The translations under genes and the position numbers were made by a program. A stretch of DNA of 64,000 bases from Candidatus Omnitrophota bacterium (GTDB taxonomy: Bacteria; Omnitrophota; Gorgyraeia; Gygaellales; Profunditerraquicolaceae), in NCBI GenBank assembly GCA_026387335.1, contig JAPLLX010000003.1, forward strand, positions 10,230 to 74,229, given 5' to 3'. This document shows, piece after piece, positions 57,301-64,000 of this stretch. A model generated the notes under the pieces. That model was given only the letters and a program-made list of their open reading frames with translations, ran no database searches and had not been told where the DNA came from. Within the stretch, counting starts at the first letter, position 1, and every line of letters starts with the position of its first letter.

Positions 57301-58615
57301 ACTCTCCCTTTTCATCTATACTTTTTATTTCATTGAATACATTATTATTCTTATCTTGTAAAATTGGCCTGAGCTTCTTCTCATACATCTTTACATTTAT
57401 ATTATTTATTTCCACCGCCGAACTGGCTGATTCTTCGCCAGAATTTTTAATCGGCGAAGCTACGACTATTGGTCGCAAATTAATACTTCGTGTATCAACA
57501 ACCGCCTTACCTCCAATAATATCTCCTAATTTATTCGCATTATCATTGGAAAGAATAATTCCATTCCGAGTATTAATAGCGCTGCTGGCGATATTTATTC
57601 CCCCACTAAAGTAACTCCTGATTACCTGGCCGGTAGGAGTACGCACTGGCTCCTGGATATTATATTCGCCTTGGGAGAAGGATTTCTGATATTGCTTAAA
57701 ATAATCGGTTTTGGTCCAGGATTCTTTGGAAATTAGGTTAGTCAGGTCTTTGGTATTGATTAAAGAAGCGTAGGTGCCGGTTTTGCCGCTAAAGCGCAGT
57801 TTAAACCAGCGAGCGAGAATTAAAGAGTAATAGACTTGTCTTAGGGGAGCATATCTCTTAGAGGAGTTTACTTCTTTAGTGAGTTTAGGGATAATCAGTT
57901 CACGGATAAGTTCGGAAGAGTATTCATTCAGGGCTTTAGAGCGTTCATCTTTGAAGTTGTAAGTAGCAGAGTCTTTTAAGTAATCCTGCTCTAACATTAC
58001 CTTAAGATTAGCCTTATAGACATAGGCTGAGTCTTGAGACTCTCTAACAATTATCTCTCCGGGGACTATCCAGGGCCTAGTTAGGGTAGGGATACTGACA
58101 TTATCATAACCGTAAAGCTCAGCTGCCTTCTTATAGAGCCTATCCCAGTATTCCCTGCCTTCAGGGGTCTGGGGTGAGGTAAAAAGAGCAGTGTCTTTCT
58201 TTAGCTGGAGGTCTGCGGCGAGCATAATTCTACCCACATCCGTCTTCTCTAAGTATTGGTCAATGATCTGGTCTTCAGAGTCAGGCCTTAAGTTTACCCA
58301 AAACATACTATCCGGCAGGGTTACGCCGACTAAAAAGTAGCTCAAGAGGGTTTGGGTAGAGCTTTGGAGTTCTTTATCTCCTATATTCTTAAGGTCGCCT
58401 TTATCCAGAAGTACCTTAAAATTATCATTTAGGCTATCGTAAGAGAAATAACGCAGGTGCGCAGGACGGAATTTTTCAACTGCTAAGTTGCTACCCATAC
58501 GGGAAAGGTAACCGGAGATGTTTAGTTCTGTAGCTATACTGGCAAAACCTACCTGCTGGAAGAGTAAGCTAATGGTTAAGGCTAAAGATAAGATTTTTCT
58601 TAATTTAACGGCCAT
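54344..58615 (-). CDS. Large secreted multidomain protein: unknown N-terminal module + HD phosphohydrolase domain + HEAT-like repeat array + unknown C-terminal module
   Basis: 1423 aa. Signal peptide MAVKLRKILSLALTISLLFQQVGFA. HD motif set H...HD...H...H.D (FKHTLRL, LLHDVGEH, RSHVDLG) at about aa 463-590. Repeated ~30-aa helical ALIEAKAFD-type units at aa 855-1125. RBS AAGGAG lies upstream. Confidence 0.7.
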   Translation of the reverse strand: MAVKLRKILSLALTISLLFQQVGFASIATELNISGYLSRMGSNLAVEKFRPAHLRYFSYDSLNDNFKVLLDKGDLKNIGDKELQSSTQTLLSYFLVGVTLPDSMFWVNLRPDSEDQIIDQYLEKTDVGRIMLAADLQLKKDTALFTSPQTPEGREYWDRLYKKAAELYGYDNVSIPTLTRPWIVPGEIIVRESQDSAYVYKANLKVMLEQDYLKDSATYNFKDERSKALNEYSSELIRELIIPKLTKEVNSSKRYAPLRQVYYSLILARWFKLRFSGKTGTYASLINTKDLTNLISKESWTKTDYFKQYQKSFSQGEYNIQEPVRTPTGQVIRSYFSGGINIASSAINTRNGIILSNDNANKLGDIIGGKAVVDTRSINLRPIVVASPIKNSGEESASSAVEINNINVKMYEKKLRPILQDKNNNVFNEIKSIDEKGELSQIFPVMESLKSKLKNRAAGVSVFKHTLRLVEELSLIENNKLDDFNNRIDTWRKESGKWEGEWWLFQGDEGRVLFDSYRKILQDIIKEPKDRELLYLAILLHDVGEHIKAQGHPNEGAKMIEPWLMQLGFDTEQIRKITSIIRSHVDLGTLFFGERTPDYLTSNPESLNPKQESEIVDYIKVLSISTLLDAGESIRKRKAEFYAKVGMEPIRSLNDLKEAFFGHRWKLFSSNVDDVVDDDKGPTKYDQVKEELEKLNNLITKKEMERFTEAIKSGIEVFDYGIFFFRGIKNGASLVKLLFIVHKLTKGNKITRVNLTAPSGVARKAAAEIEKNILINWDLRHIVQLSPGDLTKELGKKGLVARYKDGQLFIYNWEYYEKLSGSSSLKNSDKKSASSAVRNSHVLEWQRIIEDPKSSDSTRVVAIQALIETEAFDTLKALAPTLKKIGYSSYNFDLRWIAIQAVIEAKALDTFNVPMDYRFRKAIILELIGLKTGFMEHIAPTLKKIIETYSMDKGTADQEFLSTIIRELIKARDLKTLYTLILIFKEVAKDPNSNRSLIINAIRTLAGVGIHDIIENIVPTIMLKRIIDRSRSGYSDKSRSLAIQILITEKDFETIRDLAPSLIDDLKRFTYNVWDTEYLYEASIIALIEAKAFDALKILVPTFKEILKWDHIEPALRHRAKEALDILAASSAAQTVAASSAVRILGMLEVTKGERKKYIKIPYSVISGEDQIVIYYEEENRYADPPENNKLLVLGNKGVVDRFYRQFLCSTMGDHITERFYSNQGGTILETTYDIFYRELILRAETSQTRKKRNFIVKLEPSSASPIIQFNPAVAEAEGQEFRVREDNFQSFTPRAPSSDKASSSLENPFGGIDFRALPMTIQPMGSFQGLNFKLPQLSQAELVQINIDSEMQQIKNMVQSGIIPSGQRIKELIAACMQKKEMNSQANSLLLCLADIFKLEEENASESSPELREALVMVDSRS

Positions 58616-58654
58616 TTCCTAACTCCTTTTTTAATCTCTTTATTTAGTAACAAA

Positions 58655-58705
58655 CAAAAAACCAGAAAGCCGACCCTTGTTCTTTCGTGGCATTCTGGTT
58701 TACTT
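58655..58705 (-). terminator. Hairpin + U-tract (putative intrinsic terminator) between the helicase/small-ORF unit and the giant secreted-protein gene
   Basis: Minus-strand reading aaccagaatgcc-(17-nt loop)-ggctttctggtt TTTTTTGTTTG. The stem is 11 bp with one mismatch. Confidence 0.45.
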
Positions 58706-58823
58706 AACCGTATTATAAGCGCCTTCGTACCTCCAGCGAAAACGCTTTCTTTCTAAATCTATCTAAAATATAACATAAAACTAATGAATTTCAAGTATTT
58801 TTTTGAATTTTTACAAAAACTTT

Positions 58824-58991
58824 TTACCGGATTTCTTTTCTGTTGCTTCTGCGTAAAGCCTTATGCATGCGTTCGGTTGCTTCCTGGGGCGTCTTGCCTT
58901 CAGTAAGATGCTCGCAGCAAACCGCGGCAAACCCTCTACGGTTTTTGATCTTAAAAATATGCACCTTAAGATGGCCTATCTTTACCTCCAT
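58824..58991 (-). CDS. Small hypothetical protein, 55 aa
   Basis: Translates as MEVKIGHLKVHIFKIKNRRGFAAVCCEHLTEGKTPQEATERMHKALRRSNRKEIR. RBS GGAGGA is present. The start lies 15 nt after the helicase-nuclease stop. Confidence 0.4.
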   Translation of the reverse strand: MEVKIGHLKVHIFKIKNRRGFAAVCCEHLTEGKTPQEATERMHKALRRSNRKEIR

Positions 58992-59005
58992 ATCCTCCTC
59001 CGGAG

Positions 59006-61915
59006 CTAACGCATCTGGGCAGATGGACAGATCTGGTTATAAGCGCAATAGCTGCAGGCCATATAAGCAGGCGTGGCTCCAAACTCCTGTTTACGGAGCC
59101 CCTCGCTGACTTCTTTTATCTTATCCTTTATTTTATCCAAATCCTCTTCTTCAATTTTGTAACTTCCAATGATCCCTGATTCCAAAAAATAAAGTTCAAC
59201 CCGGCTGGGCAACCTCCTGAAAATATCCTGATAGGCCAAAGAATAAAGCGCGAGTTGCAGGCTCTCTGAAGCTTTCTTATCCGCGATTTTTTGGTCTTTG
59301 ACTTCTGAAGTTTTAAAATCCACGATCACCGTTTCTTTAGCCTCTTCATCTACGCGGTCAAACCTACCGGTAATCTTATTCCCATCAAACATAAATGAAA
59401 AATCTTTTTCAATGAATTTTGGCTGGGCTGCGCGTTTTTCTTCCGCGTGGAAGAAGCGGTTCAACGCCTCCAGGCCGACTTTAAAACGTTCTTCCTGATG
59501 CGCCTTATCCAAAAATCCCTGCGGGTCAAAACTATTGCGAAAGGCGTCCAGAAGTTCGCCTGATTGCATTTTCTTACCGGCGAGGCGATACTGATAATAC
59601 TTGGTCACGGCTGCATGCATTGCCCGTCCGTAAATGACCGTATGGTGTTCCATGATCGGCACGCGCAAAATATTTACGTATTTATACTTTAAAGGACAGG
59701 TCAGGTAATCATCGATTTGATAATAAGTTAAATGCACGGGGGTTTCGGGGTCGATTTTCTTGGCTGCCGGCTTCACTGAATCTTTTTTTGGAGCAAAGCG
59801 CTGGATTGCCTCCAGGGAGCTAGCTTTTTTCTTTTCCTTTTCCTTAGCTTCAGTGCCCAAAGCCTCAAAAACAAACTGGCTTACCCGGCGTAAGCGTTTT
59901 CCGCCGTAATCTTCAGCGCTGGTTAAGTATAATTCTTCTTTGGCCCGGGTCATCCCTACATAAAATAGCCGGCGTTCTTCCTGAATGTGAAAATCTCCCG
60001 TAGGCAAAACTTCCTTGATTAAAGAATCCGGCAGCTCTATTGATTGCGAACGCCGCGGCCAGGGAAAACGACCCTGCACCAGGCTTACCAAAAATACGAC
60101 TCTAAATTCAAGGCCTTTGGCTTTATGAATAGTCAGGATATTCACCGCGTCAGTATCCAGGTCAGCTTCGGCTGTCGGCGGGTCATCCCCGGCCTCAATT
60201 AATAAATTAAGGTAATTCACAAAACTGATTACCCGGTCCTCTTTGGCCACCAGTTCAAAATCGCGCACATTATTAAAAAACTTGGCGATATTCTGGATCT
60301 TGGTTTCATTCTCCAGATTTTGCGTTTGGGTGAGTTTCTTCAAGTAACCGGTATCGGTAAGAAACGCGTAAAGCAGCTTACCGGTTGATTCCTGGCGGGA
60401 AATCCCCAGGAATTTCTCCAAATCCGCTAAGATGTTTTCTATTTTTTTACGGCTTGCCTCTCCCACGCTCTTTAATTCTTCTATTTTTTCCAACTCTGTA
60501 AAAACCGCATAAAGCGGCTTATTCCTGCGCCGGGCGTAATGACTGCAGGAATTAAGATCGATCAAATTCAATCCGTAGATTTCCGAGCTGACTAAATAAT
60601 AGAGGCTTAAGGAGTCGGAGAGATTAGCTACCGCCCTTAAAAAATTAATGCAGAGTTTGACCTCTTCTCTGGAGTAAAGCCCCTGATTCCCGCTGAACTG
60701 CCAGGGGATATCCTCTAAATTCAGCGCCTGGACAAAAGGTTCGGCGTCGGAATTAGAACGGACCAGGATCGCAAAGTCATTGTATTTAAAACTCTCCCTT
60801 TTGACTTTGTCTTTAATTATCTTTACTACGTTATCCGCTTCGGTAGATACAGTATCAAAATGCAGATGTACCGGCCCCTTCCCCTCTTTGGAAACCCCGA
60901 TCAGGTGTTTATTTATATTTGCCTTGACCTCAAAACGCTCAGGATTATTATTCTGGATCAGTTGATAAGCAGAATCGAGGATCGGCTGCGTAGAGCGGTA
61001 GTTTTGAATCAAGCTGATCTTTTTGGCTTCGGGAAACTCTTTGATGAAATTTAAGACATTGCTGTAGGCTGCCCCGCGCCATCTATAGATACACTGGTCG
61101 TCATCAGCCACGACATTAATATTCTTAAAACCGGCGGATAATAGACTGACGATCTGAAATTGGGTAAAATTGGTATCCTGAAATTCATCGACCAAAATAT
61201 ACTTAAATTGCCTCTGATATTTCTTTAAGATCGCCGGGTGCGCGCGTAAAAGATTTAAGGCTAGATAAAACTGATTGCCAAAATCCAGCATTCCTTCTTT
61301 AGCCAATAACTCCTGATATTTGGCATAGGCCTGGGCAACTTCTGCCTGTTGAATGGATTCCTCCTGAAGGGCCAGGTCCTGCGGATCCTCTTTGGCCTTT
61401 AAACTTAATTCTTGAGCGAATTTTATATATTCTTCGGGCGAGATATCTTCATCTTTGGCCCGGCTGAAGATCTGGATCAAAGCTTCAACGAAACGCGTAG
61501 GGTCGGCCAGAGGCCGGAAATAATTTAAATTAAAATTAAAGATATGTTCCCGGAAGAATACCGCTGCTTCGCTTTGGGTTAAAACCTTAAAATCCGGGTC
61601 TAACCCGGCAATCAGCGCGTTTTCCCGCAGGAGTTTATCGCCAAAAGCGTGAAAGGTGGATATCCAGATATCCGTATACCCGTAAGGGACTAATTCATCC
61701 ACGCGTTCCTGCATCTGGCGCGCCGCTTTATCCGTAAAGGTAAGGGCCAGGATTTCATTGGTTTTACATAAGCCTTCGGAAAGAAGCCAGGCGATCCTGC
61801 GGGTAATCACGGTAGTTTTGCCGGTTCCCGCTCCGGCAATGATCAAAAGAGCCCCCTCTTTATGGATCACCGCCTCCTTCTGCTCCTTATTTAATCCTTC
61901 CAGTATATTATCCAT
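59006..61915 (-). CDS. UvrD/PcrA-like SF1 helicase fused to a C-terminal PD-(D/E)XK nuclease with Cas4/AddB-type Fe-S cysteines
   Basis: 969 aa. Walker A GAGTGKT and UvrD motifs occupy the first ~650 aa. The C-terminus has YLTCPLKY ... DFKTSEVK ... QLALYSLAY ... CSYCAYNQIC (1+3 Cys). Confidence 0.8.
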   Translation of the reverse strand: MDNILEGLNKEQKEAVIHKEGALLIIAGAGTGKTTVITRRIAWLLSEGLCKTNEILALTFTDKAARQMQERVDELVPYGYTDIWISTFHAFGDKLLRENALIAGLDPDFKVLTQSEAAVFFREHIFNFNLNYFRPLADPTRFVEALIQIFSRAKDEDISPEEYIKFAQELSLKAKEDPQDLALQEESIQQAEVAQAYAKYQELLAKEGMLDFGNQFYLALNLLRAHPAILKKYQRQFKYILVDEFQDTNFTQFQIVSLLSAGFKNINVVADDDQCIYRWRGAAYSNVLNFIKEFPEAKKISLIQNYRSTQPILDSAYQLIQNNNPERFEVKANINKHLIGVSKEGKGPVHLHFDTVSTEADNVVKIIKDKVKRESFKYNDFAILVRSNSDAEPFVQALNLEDIPWQFSGNQGLYSREEVKLCINFLRAVANLSDSLSLYYLVSSEIYGLNLIDLNSCSHYARRRNKPLYAVFTELEKIEELKSVGEASRKKIENILADLEKFLGISRQESTGKLLYAFLTDTGYLKKLTQTQNLENETKIQNIAKFFNNVRDFELVAKEDRVISFVNYLNLLIEAGDDPPTAEADLDTDAVNILTIHKAKGLEFRVVFLVSLVQGRFPWPRRSQSIELPDSLIKEVLPTGDFHIQEERRLFYVGMTRAKEELYLTSAEDYGGKRLRRVSQFVFEALGTEAKEKEKKKASSLEAIQRFAPKKDSVKPAAKKIDPETPVHLTYYQIDDYLTCPLKYKYVNILRVPIMEHHTVIYGRAMHAAVTKYYQYRLAGKKMQSGELLDAFRNSFDPQGFLDKAHQEERFKVGLEALNRFFHAEEKRAAQPKFIEKDFSFMFDGNKITGRFDRVDEEAKETVIVDFKTSEVKDQKIADKKASESLQLALYSLAYQDIFRRLPSRVELYFLESGIIGSYKIEEEDLDKIKDKIKEVSEGLRKQEFGATPAYMACSYCAYNQICPSAQMR

Positions 61916-61959
61916 ATAAATATCTTAACGCGGCTAGCTTGCCGCAGAAAGCGGCAAAC

Positions 61960-62178
61960 CGATCCATCCGCTATTAATACATTATAGATATTTTGCTTGA
62001 GGGTATTGTTAAGCGTGCAATTAGAAATTTTTCGGCAATTGTGTGCAAGGCTTTACGGCGAGTGCAGGCAATACCCTTATGCGTGAGGAACCTTGCGCTG
62101 CCGGAGCGAGCCGTAAACCGTAGCACACGGCGAAAAATTTCGCACGCGGACAATACCCGAAGAGCAAAATATCTACAG
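61960..62178. repeat. ~220 bp imperfect-palindromic intergenic repeat (MITE/ERIC-like), copy B, inverted relative to copy A
   Basis: Reverse complement aligns with 5232-5450 at roughly 90% identity. Confidence 0.8.
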
Positions 62179-62189
62179 TTTATTTTACC

Positions 62190-62217
62190 TTGACAATACC
62201 GCTATTTCAAGTATACT
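62190..62217 (+). promoter_or_regulatory. Putative promoter for rpmB (-35 TTGACA, 16-nt spacer, -10 TATACT)
   Basis: TTGACAataccgctatttcaagTATACT. RBS AAGGAG lies 8 nt before the ATG. Confidence 0.5.
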
Positions 62218-62247
62218 TATGTAACTAATAATCAAGGAGTAGTAAAA

Positions 62248-62475
62248 ATGCTTAAAAAATGTGCTATCTGTGGAAAAGGCGCGCTCAAAGGTAAAACTGT
62301 TACCCGCAAGGGCCAATATAAAGCCAAAGGCGGCACAGGTTCTAAAATCAGCCGCTGGACTATGCGCAAATTCCTTCCCAATCTGCAAAAGATGCGTATC
62401 TTAATTGACGGGCATCCCCGGAAAGTTTATGTCTGCGCAAAATGCATCAAAAAAGGCAACCTTAAAAAAGTTTAA
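62248..62475 (+). CDS. rpmB: 50S ribosomal protein L28 (zinc-ribbon form)
   Basis: 75 aa. ...RKFLPNLQKMRILIDGHPRKVYVCAKCIKKG matches the L28 core. Cys pairs CxxC...CxxC are present. Confidence 0.85.
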   Translation: MLKKCAICGKGALKGKTVTRKGQYKAKGGTGSKISRWTMRKFLPNLQKMRILIDGHPRKVYVCAKCIKKGNLKKV

Positions 62476-62492
62476 AAAATACTCTTTTTAAC

Positions 62493-64000
62493 CTACCTAA
62501 AGAATATATCCCTCGCCTCTAAAATTATGGAAGAGTCCTCAAGCCAGTTATCCCTGCGCGGCACATAGACCATATCCAGGGATTTTGCCGCAATAAGGCT
62601 TGAACGTAAACCATTCATTCCGAAACCGATTACCTGAAAACTGGATTTTCCATCGCTGACCCAGAATTTTAAGGTCTGGCGGGCCAAGCTCTGCGGCTGG
62701 CCTTTAAGCTTAAGCCCCCTGGTATAAAAAAGCGGCTCCGGGTTTCCCGCGCCGAATGGCTCTAACCTCTCCAGCTCCCTTACCAGATCCTCATTTAAAT
62801 CCGCAAGATTTAACTCCATATCGATATCTAAGCTAGGCATGAGGTCTTCCAGGGACAACTTTTCCTGCGCCAAGCGGTTTATACTCTTCCTGAAATCCTC
62901 AATATTATCCCGGGCAATCATCAGCCCGGCGGCATGGGCATGTCCGCCAAAAGCCTGCAGGAATTCGCGGCAAGAACTTAAAGCGTTAAAAAGATGAAAA
63001 TTCTTTATTGAGCGGGCCGAACCCTTGCACATCTCTTTACTCAGCGAAATCACGATTGCCGGACGATAAAATCTATCCGCCAGCTTGGAGGCCACTATCC
63101 CCAAAACCCCCTGATGCCAATCTTCTTTAGCCACAACAATAACTTTATGCTCTTTAAAATTAACCTCTTTATTTATAAGCTCCTGCGCCTCCTCTAGAAT
63201 TTTCCCTTCTATTTTCTGACGAGCCCGGTTGTGCTGCTCAAGCTCCAGGGCTAAATCTTTCGCCTTTTTAATATCAGAGGTCATCAGTAAACTTAAAGAA
63301 GTTTCCGCCGAATCCATGCGGCCTGAGGCGTTTAAACGCGGCCCAAGGATAAAGCTCACCGAGGTAGAACTAAAAGTTTTATTTTTAATTCCGGCTCCCT
63401 CGATCAACGCCCTCAATCCCGGCCTCTTGGTTCCGGAGAGCTTCAATAAACCCTCTTTAACCATTACCCGGTTTTCCCCGGTCAAAGGGACAACATCGCT
63501 GACCGTGCCTAAAGTGACCAAATCCAGGTCTTCCAGTAGCTTGGAATTGCTCAAGGCCTGACAGAGTTTATAAACAACGCCTACCCCGGCTAATTCCCGG
63601 AATTTATAACCTGAGCCCTTGACCTTAGGATTAATTATGCTTAAAGCCGGCGGCAATATATCTGTCTGCGGCTCATGATGGTCGGTAATGATCGTATCAA
63701 TATTATGTTTTTTTAATTCTGCTATTTCGCGGTGATTAGCTATTCCGCAATCAACGGTGATCAGGAGTTTTATTTTATTTTCTTTTGCGAGATGGGCAAT
63801 ATTTTTGGTCAATCCATACCCCTCTTTTACCCTATGCGGCATATAATGCGCGACTTCCAAACCGGTTTTGCTTAAAACATCCTTAAGCAAAGCCATACTG
63901 GTTATACCGTCAACGTCATAATCTCCGAAAATCATGACCTTTTCTTTTCTGCTGCGCGCCTCTTTAATGCGCTTGACCGCGCCCTGCATCTGAAGAAAAG
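62493..64000 (-). CDS. recJ: Single-stranded-DNA-specific exonuclease RecJ, partial (the N-terminus probably runs off the window end)
   Basis: DHH motif FGDYDVDGITS, DHHA1 and a C-terminal OB region. The track ORF starts at 63989, but the DHH motif is only 18 aa in, so the true N-terminus likely lies beyond 64000. Confidence 0.8.
   Translation of the reverse strand, partial: FLQMQGAVKRIKEARSRKEKVMIFGDYDVDGITSMALLKDVLSKTGLEVAHYMPHRVKEGYGLTKNIAHLAKENKIKLLITVDCGIANHREIAELKKHNIDTIITDHHEPQTDILPPALSIINPKVKGSGYKFRELAGVGVVYKLCQALSNSKLLEDLDLVTLGTVSDVVPLTGENRVMVKEGLLKLSGTKRPGLRALIEGAGIKNKTFSSTSVSFILGPRLNASGRMDSAETSLSLLMTSDIKKAKDLALELEQHNRARQKIEGKILEEAQELINKEVNFKEHKVIVVAKEDWHQGVLGIVASKLADRFYRPAIVISLSKEMCKGSARSIKNFHLFNALSSCREFLQAFGGHAHAAGLMIARDNIEDFRKSINRLAQEKLSLEDLMPSLDIDMELNLADLNEDLVRELERLEPFGAGNPEPLFYTRGLKLKGQPQSLARQTLKFWVSDGKSSFQVIGFGMNGLRSSLIAAKSLDMVYVPRRDNWLEDSSIILEARDIFFR

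Noticed and set aside
1-64000. CRISPR arrays, IS transposases or prophage remnants
   Set aside because: No regularly spaced short direct repeats, transposase, phage-structural or cas genes were seen. The only repeats are the two ~220 bp palindromic elements and the 22-mer.

Overview
This 64 kb window is a dense, almost entirely minus-strand block of core bacterial housekeeping genes. The organism looks like a diderm bacterium (Lgt/LspA and a MraZ-led dcw cluster); the lineage cannot be determined from sequence alone.

Main gene blocks, in window order:
- Rod-shape cluster (mreB-mreC-mreD-mrdA-rodA) at 1-5130.
- aroA, rluD, lgt, lspA, a DksA-like gene, ileS, an MTA phosphorylase, proC and yggS (5564-15386).
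- An essentially canonical dcw cluster, mraZ through ftsA (15426-31257). It ends at ftsA with no ftsZ; yggS and proC follow directly.
- ribF, nrnA, rbfA, cca, xerD, ligA, acyP and tRNA-Pro(CGG) (31422-39273).
- A riboflavin operon (ribBA-ribH-nusB-PHP-ribD-ribE) behind a clear FMN riboswitch and attenuator terminator (39339-44178).
- pgpA, pgsA, rimO, rodZ, ftsK, pnp and rpsO (45299-52947).
- A UvrD-like helicase fused to a Cas4-like Fe-S nuclease, then rpmB and recJ (59006-64000).

Features that stand out:
- A ~220 bp imperfect-palindromic, MITE/ERIC-like repeat occurs twice, in inverted orientation. The copies are at 5232-5450 and 61960-62178, each just upstream of a strong outward promoter (mreB and rpmB).
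- A 22-nt exact inverted match sits at the 3' ends of aroA and the CinA-C gene.
- A 1423-aa secreted protein (54344-58615) combines an unknown N-terminal module, an HD phosphohydrolase domain, a HEAT-repeat array and a C-terminal module. The modules are separated by a reiterated '...KNS-x3-SASSAV' linker motif.
- A GuaD-like deaminase gene (commonly labelled TadA) is translationally coupled to a zinc-ribbon membrane protein gene next to the giant gene.
- Three short ORFs of 42, 53 and 55 aa, missing from the 60-aa ORF track, have good ribosome-binding sites.
- MraZ-box direct repeats sit at the mraZ promoter.
- tRNA-Pro ends 3 nt from the acyP start codon.

No CRISPR array, IS transposase or prophage was seen.
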